Positions 61,886 to 64,000 of a DNA stretch of 64,000 bases are shown in pieces. Each line of letters starts with the position of its first letter. The stretch's first letter is position 1. This DNA is from Promethearchaeota archaeon Loki_b32 (GTDB lineage: Archaea; Asgardarchaeota; Lokiarchaeia; Sigyniarchaeales; SOKP01): contig NJBH01000014.1 in assembly GCA_005223125.1 (NCBI GenBank), positions 1 to 64,000 on the forward strand, in the 5' to 3' direction. The notes beneath the pieces were generated by a model. It was not told the origin of the DNA. It made no database searches and was given only the letters and a program-made list of their open reading frames with translations. The translations under genes and the position numbers were made by a program.

Positions 61886-64000
61886 ATGGTCAAGATCTCT
61901 GCTTCACTAAGGAATTTCCGCGATCGCATCAGAACATCAATATCCGTGAAATCACGTAATATACTTTTTTTTCTGGCATTATTTTTAGTAGTAACTCTAG
62001 CTATTCTTATTAGATTAAGCCCACTTATAAGAGGGATAACACTTATTAAAGCATTTGATCCTTGGATCCAATGGTATAATGCGGAATATTTAAATGAACA
62101 TACACTTTTTGAATATTTTAATTGGGTCGATTATAAAAGCTGGTATCCTGAAGGATATTATAGAGGAAGTCTACGACCGGGATTAACTTTTACAGTAGTA
62201 TATATTTATAAAATATTTCATTTTTTTGGATTACCAATTTCATTATACGACATTTGCTTTATCTTTCCAGCTATTATGGGGGGAATAACTGTACTAGCTA
62301 TATATTTTTTAGGAAAGGAAGTACTTAATCGTGCTACTGGATTATTCGCAGCATTCTTTTTAGCATTCAATCCAGGATATTTACAGCGTACCACTGCAGG
62401 ATTTTTTGATAATGAAACTATTGGTGTTTTTGCTACTTTAATGACATTTCTATTCTTTATAAAGGCAGTAAAAGAAGGAAAAGTTTCACATTCAATAATT
62501 GGAGGTATTTTTTTAGGTTATTTATCATTAAGCTGGGGAGGATATCAGTTTGTCTTTTTAATAATCCCTCTTATTAGTATAATTCTGATTTTAACAAATA
62601 AATATAATGAAAATGTTTTATTATCTTATGCTGGAGTGGAGGGTACTGGATTACTAATATTTTCTTTATATAACAGATTTAGTTATCAAAGTTTATTCTC
62701 AGATCTAAGTATAGGAGGGCTCTTTCTTTTTACGATTATTTTAATTATTTTTCACATCATTTATACAAAAAAAAGTGAACACCCAAAATTTTATGATAAC
62801 TTAATAAATATTATAAAATGGGGTTTTATTCCCACTACCCTAATATTTGCCGTAATAATTTGGGTTGCACCTGAGCTTATTCCTTTTGGATTTGGCTCAC
62901 GGTTTTTGACAATTCTCAATCCTCTATTTCGTGAAAATGTTGCCCTTGTTGCTTCAGTTGCAGAGCAAATGCCGAGTGCATGGAGTGTGTTTTATTATAA
63001 TACATTAATTCCGTTATTACTTGTACCTTTAGGTGTTTATTTCTGTTTTAAAAGGTTAAATGTAGCAGATATTTTTTTAATTGCATTTATTATCCTTATG
63101 TATTATTTTACCGGAAGTATGATTCGTATTATTTTAATTTTTGCTCCAGCAGCAGCATTAGCAGGAGGTTATGGCGCAGCTCGAGTTTTAAACATTTTTG
63201 GGAGCTTTATAGGAGAAAAAAAGGTGGGAGTTAGTAGAAAACGGAGAAGACAGTTAAAAGGAACATTAGGAAATTCAGAAGTTTTTGCTGTATATCTTGT
63301 TATAGGTTTCTTATGCATTGCACAAGTAGTTCATACATCTAATATTGCTATTAAGCAAATGTCGTATGCACAGATGATGCCTGGTGGTGCTCTTCATGAT
63401 TGGGAAGAATCGTTGACATGGATGAAAAATAATTTAGATGGAACAGATGTTGTTGTTTCTTGGTGGGATTATGGGTATTGGCTTACTCCAGTGGGAAATG
63501 TAACTACGGTAAATGACAATGCAACGAGGAATTCAACTAGAATAGGTTTAACAGGTATGGCCTTGATGCAAACTAATGAACTCTATAGTGCGAAAGCATT
63601 TCGAAAACTTTATGCCGATTATGTGTTAGTATATTTTGGATATCTTATAACGGGAATAGGTGGCGATGAAGGAAAATGGACATGGATGCTTCAGATTTGT
63701 AATGATAATTATGCAAAATATAAAAAAATGGGAATGGAAGAAGATAATTGGGCTGAAAATGCTGTATTCGACGAGAGCCAATATCATAATTTAACAACAG
63801 GATATGTAGAAGATAAATGGTTTAAAAGTATGTTAGTTAAATTGATGTTTGCTGGAGAGCCCACCGATACTGAATCCGCTCAAACTGATCTTCAAGAAAG
63901 TTATGTTAGGGCCATAGAGAACAGATATACTGCCAATGGAGATACATGGAAATCTCAAATACCTGTTGGTGGGGATTATAAATCCATGGTATTCATTCCA
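61886..64000 (+). CDS. aglB: Oligosaccharyltransferase AglB/STT3 (partial, runs off window; not in ORF track)
   Basis: ATG 61886; AFDPW, GFFDNE, WGGY, SVAEQ, in-frame WWDYG at 63461, DNAT, GDEGKWTWML. Confidence 0.95.
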   Translation, partial: MVKISASLRNFRDRIRTSISVKSRNILFFLALFLVVTLAILIRLSPLIRGITLIKAFDPWIQWYNAEYLNEHTLFEYFNWVDYKSWYPEGYYRGSLRPGLTFTVVYIYKIFHFFGLPISLYDICFIFPAIMGGITVLAIYFLGKEVLNRATGLFAAFFLAFNPGYLQRTTAGFFDNETIGVFATLMTFLFFIKAVKEGKVSHSIIGGIFLGYLSLSWGGYQFVFLIIPLISIILILTNKYNENVLLSYAGVEGTGLLIFSLYNRFSYQSLFSDLSIGGLFLFTIILIIFHIIYTKKSEHPKFYDNLINIIKWGFIPTTLIFAVIIWVAPELIPFGFGSRFLTILNPLFRENVALVASVAEQMPSAWSVFYYNTLIPLLLVPLGVYFCFKRLNVADIFLIAFIILMYYFTGSMIRIILIFAPAAALAGGYGAARVLNIFGSFIGEKKVGVSRKRRRQLKGTLGNSEVFAVYLVIGFLCIAQVVHTSNIAIKQMSYAQMMPGGALHDWEESLTWMKNNLDGTDVVVSWWDYGYWLTPVGNVTTVNDNATRNSTRIGLTGMALMQTNELYSAKAFRKLYADYVLVYFGYLITGIGGDEGKWTWMLQICNDNYAKYKKMGMEEDNWAENAVFDESQYHNLTTGYVEDKWFKSMLVKLMFAGEPTDTESAQTDLQESYVRAIENRYTANGDTWKSQIPVGGDYKSMVFIP

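Overview
AT-rich archaeal chromosome segment, most likely Asgard (Lokiarchaeia-like). The basis is archaeal information-processing genes (Pus10, rpl21e, rpoF, split RpoA'/A'', L30e, NusA, PCNA, PriL/PriS, GINS, aIF2alpha, Nop10, EF-1alpha, RpoL, Csl4, RFC, histone, AglB/STT3) together with three Rab/Arf-like small GTPases, a longin-like protein and an IPGY-TM-basic C-terminal sorting signal. Main finding: two tandem AhpC/TSA-type peroxiredoxin-like genes (11167-11700, 11913-12440) that the ORF track splits at in-frame TGA codons. The TGAs occupy the redox motif (W-U-S-H-C and W-U-T-Y-U, i.e. UxxC and UxxU). Each gene is followed directly by a conserved eukaryote-type SECIS-like element (AUGA...GA core, A-rich loop) that has an extra hairpin and a basal helix reaching back into the coding sequence. 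Second finding: a wHTH + ATP-cone + catalytically dead class III ribonucleotide reductase fusion (37293-39284), a candidate nucleotide-sensing regulator. Also present: a decayed integrative element (about 12.5-17.4 kb; tyrosine integrase, GNAT toxin-antitoxin, helicase-like protein), an AbrB-VapC module with an operator palindrome, an XRE-regulated insert between PCNA and priL, rearranged core operons, a frameshifted ilvC, several genes that appear to need AUA/AUU starts, and a cold-shock gene missed by the ORF track. I saw no rRNA, tRNA or CRISPR array. All assignments come from motif reading; no database searches were run.
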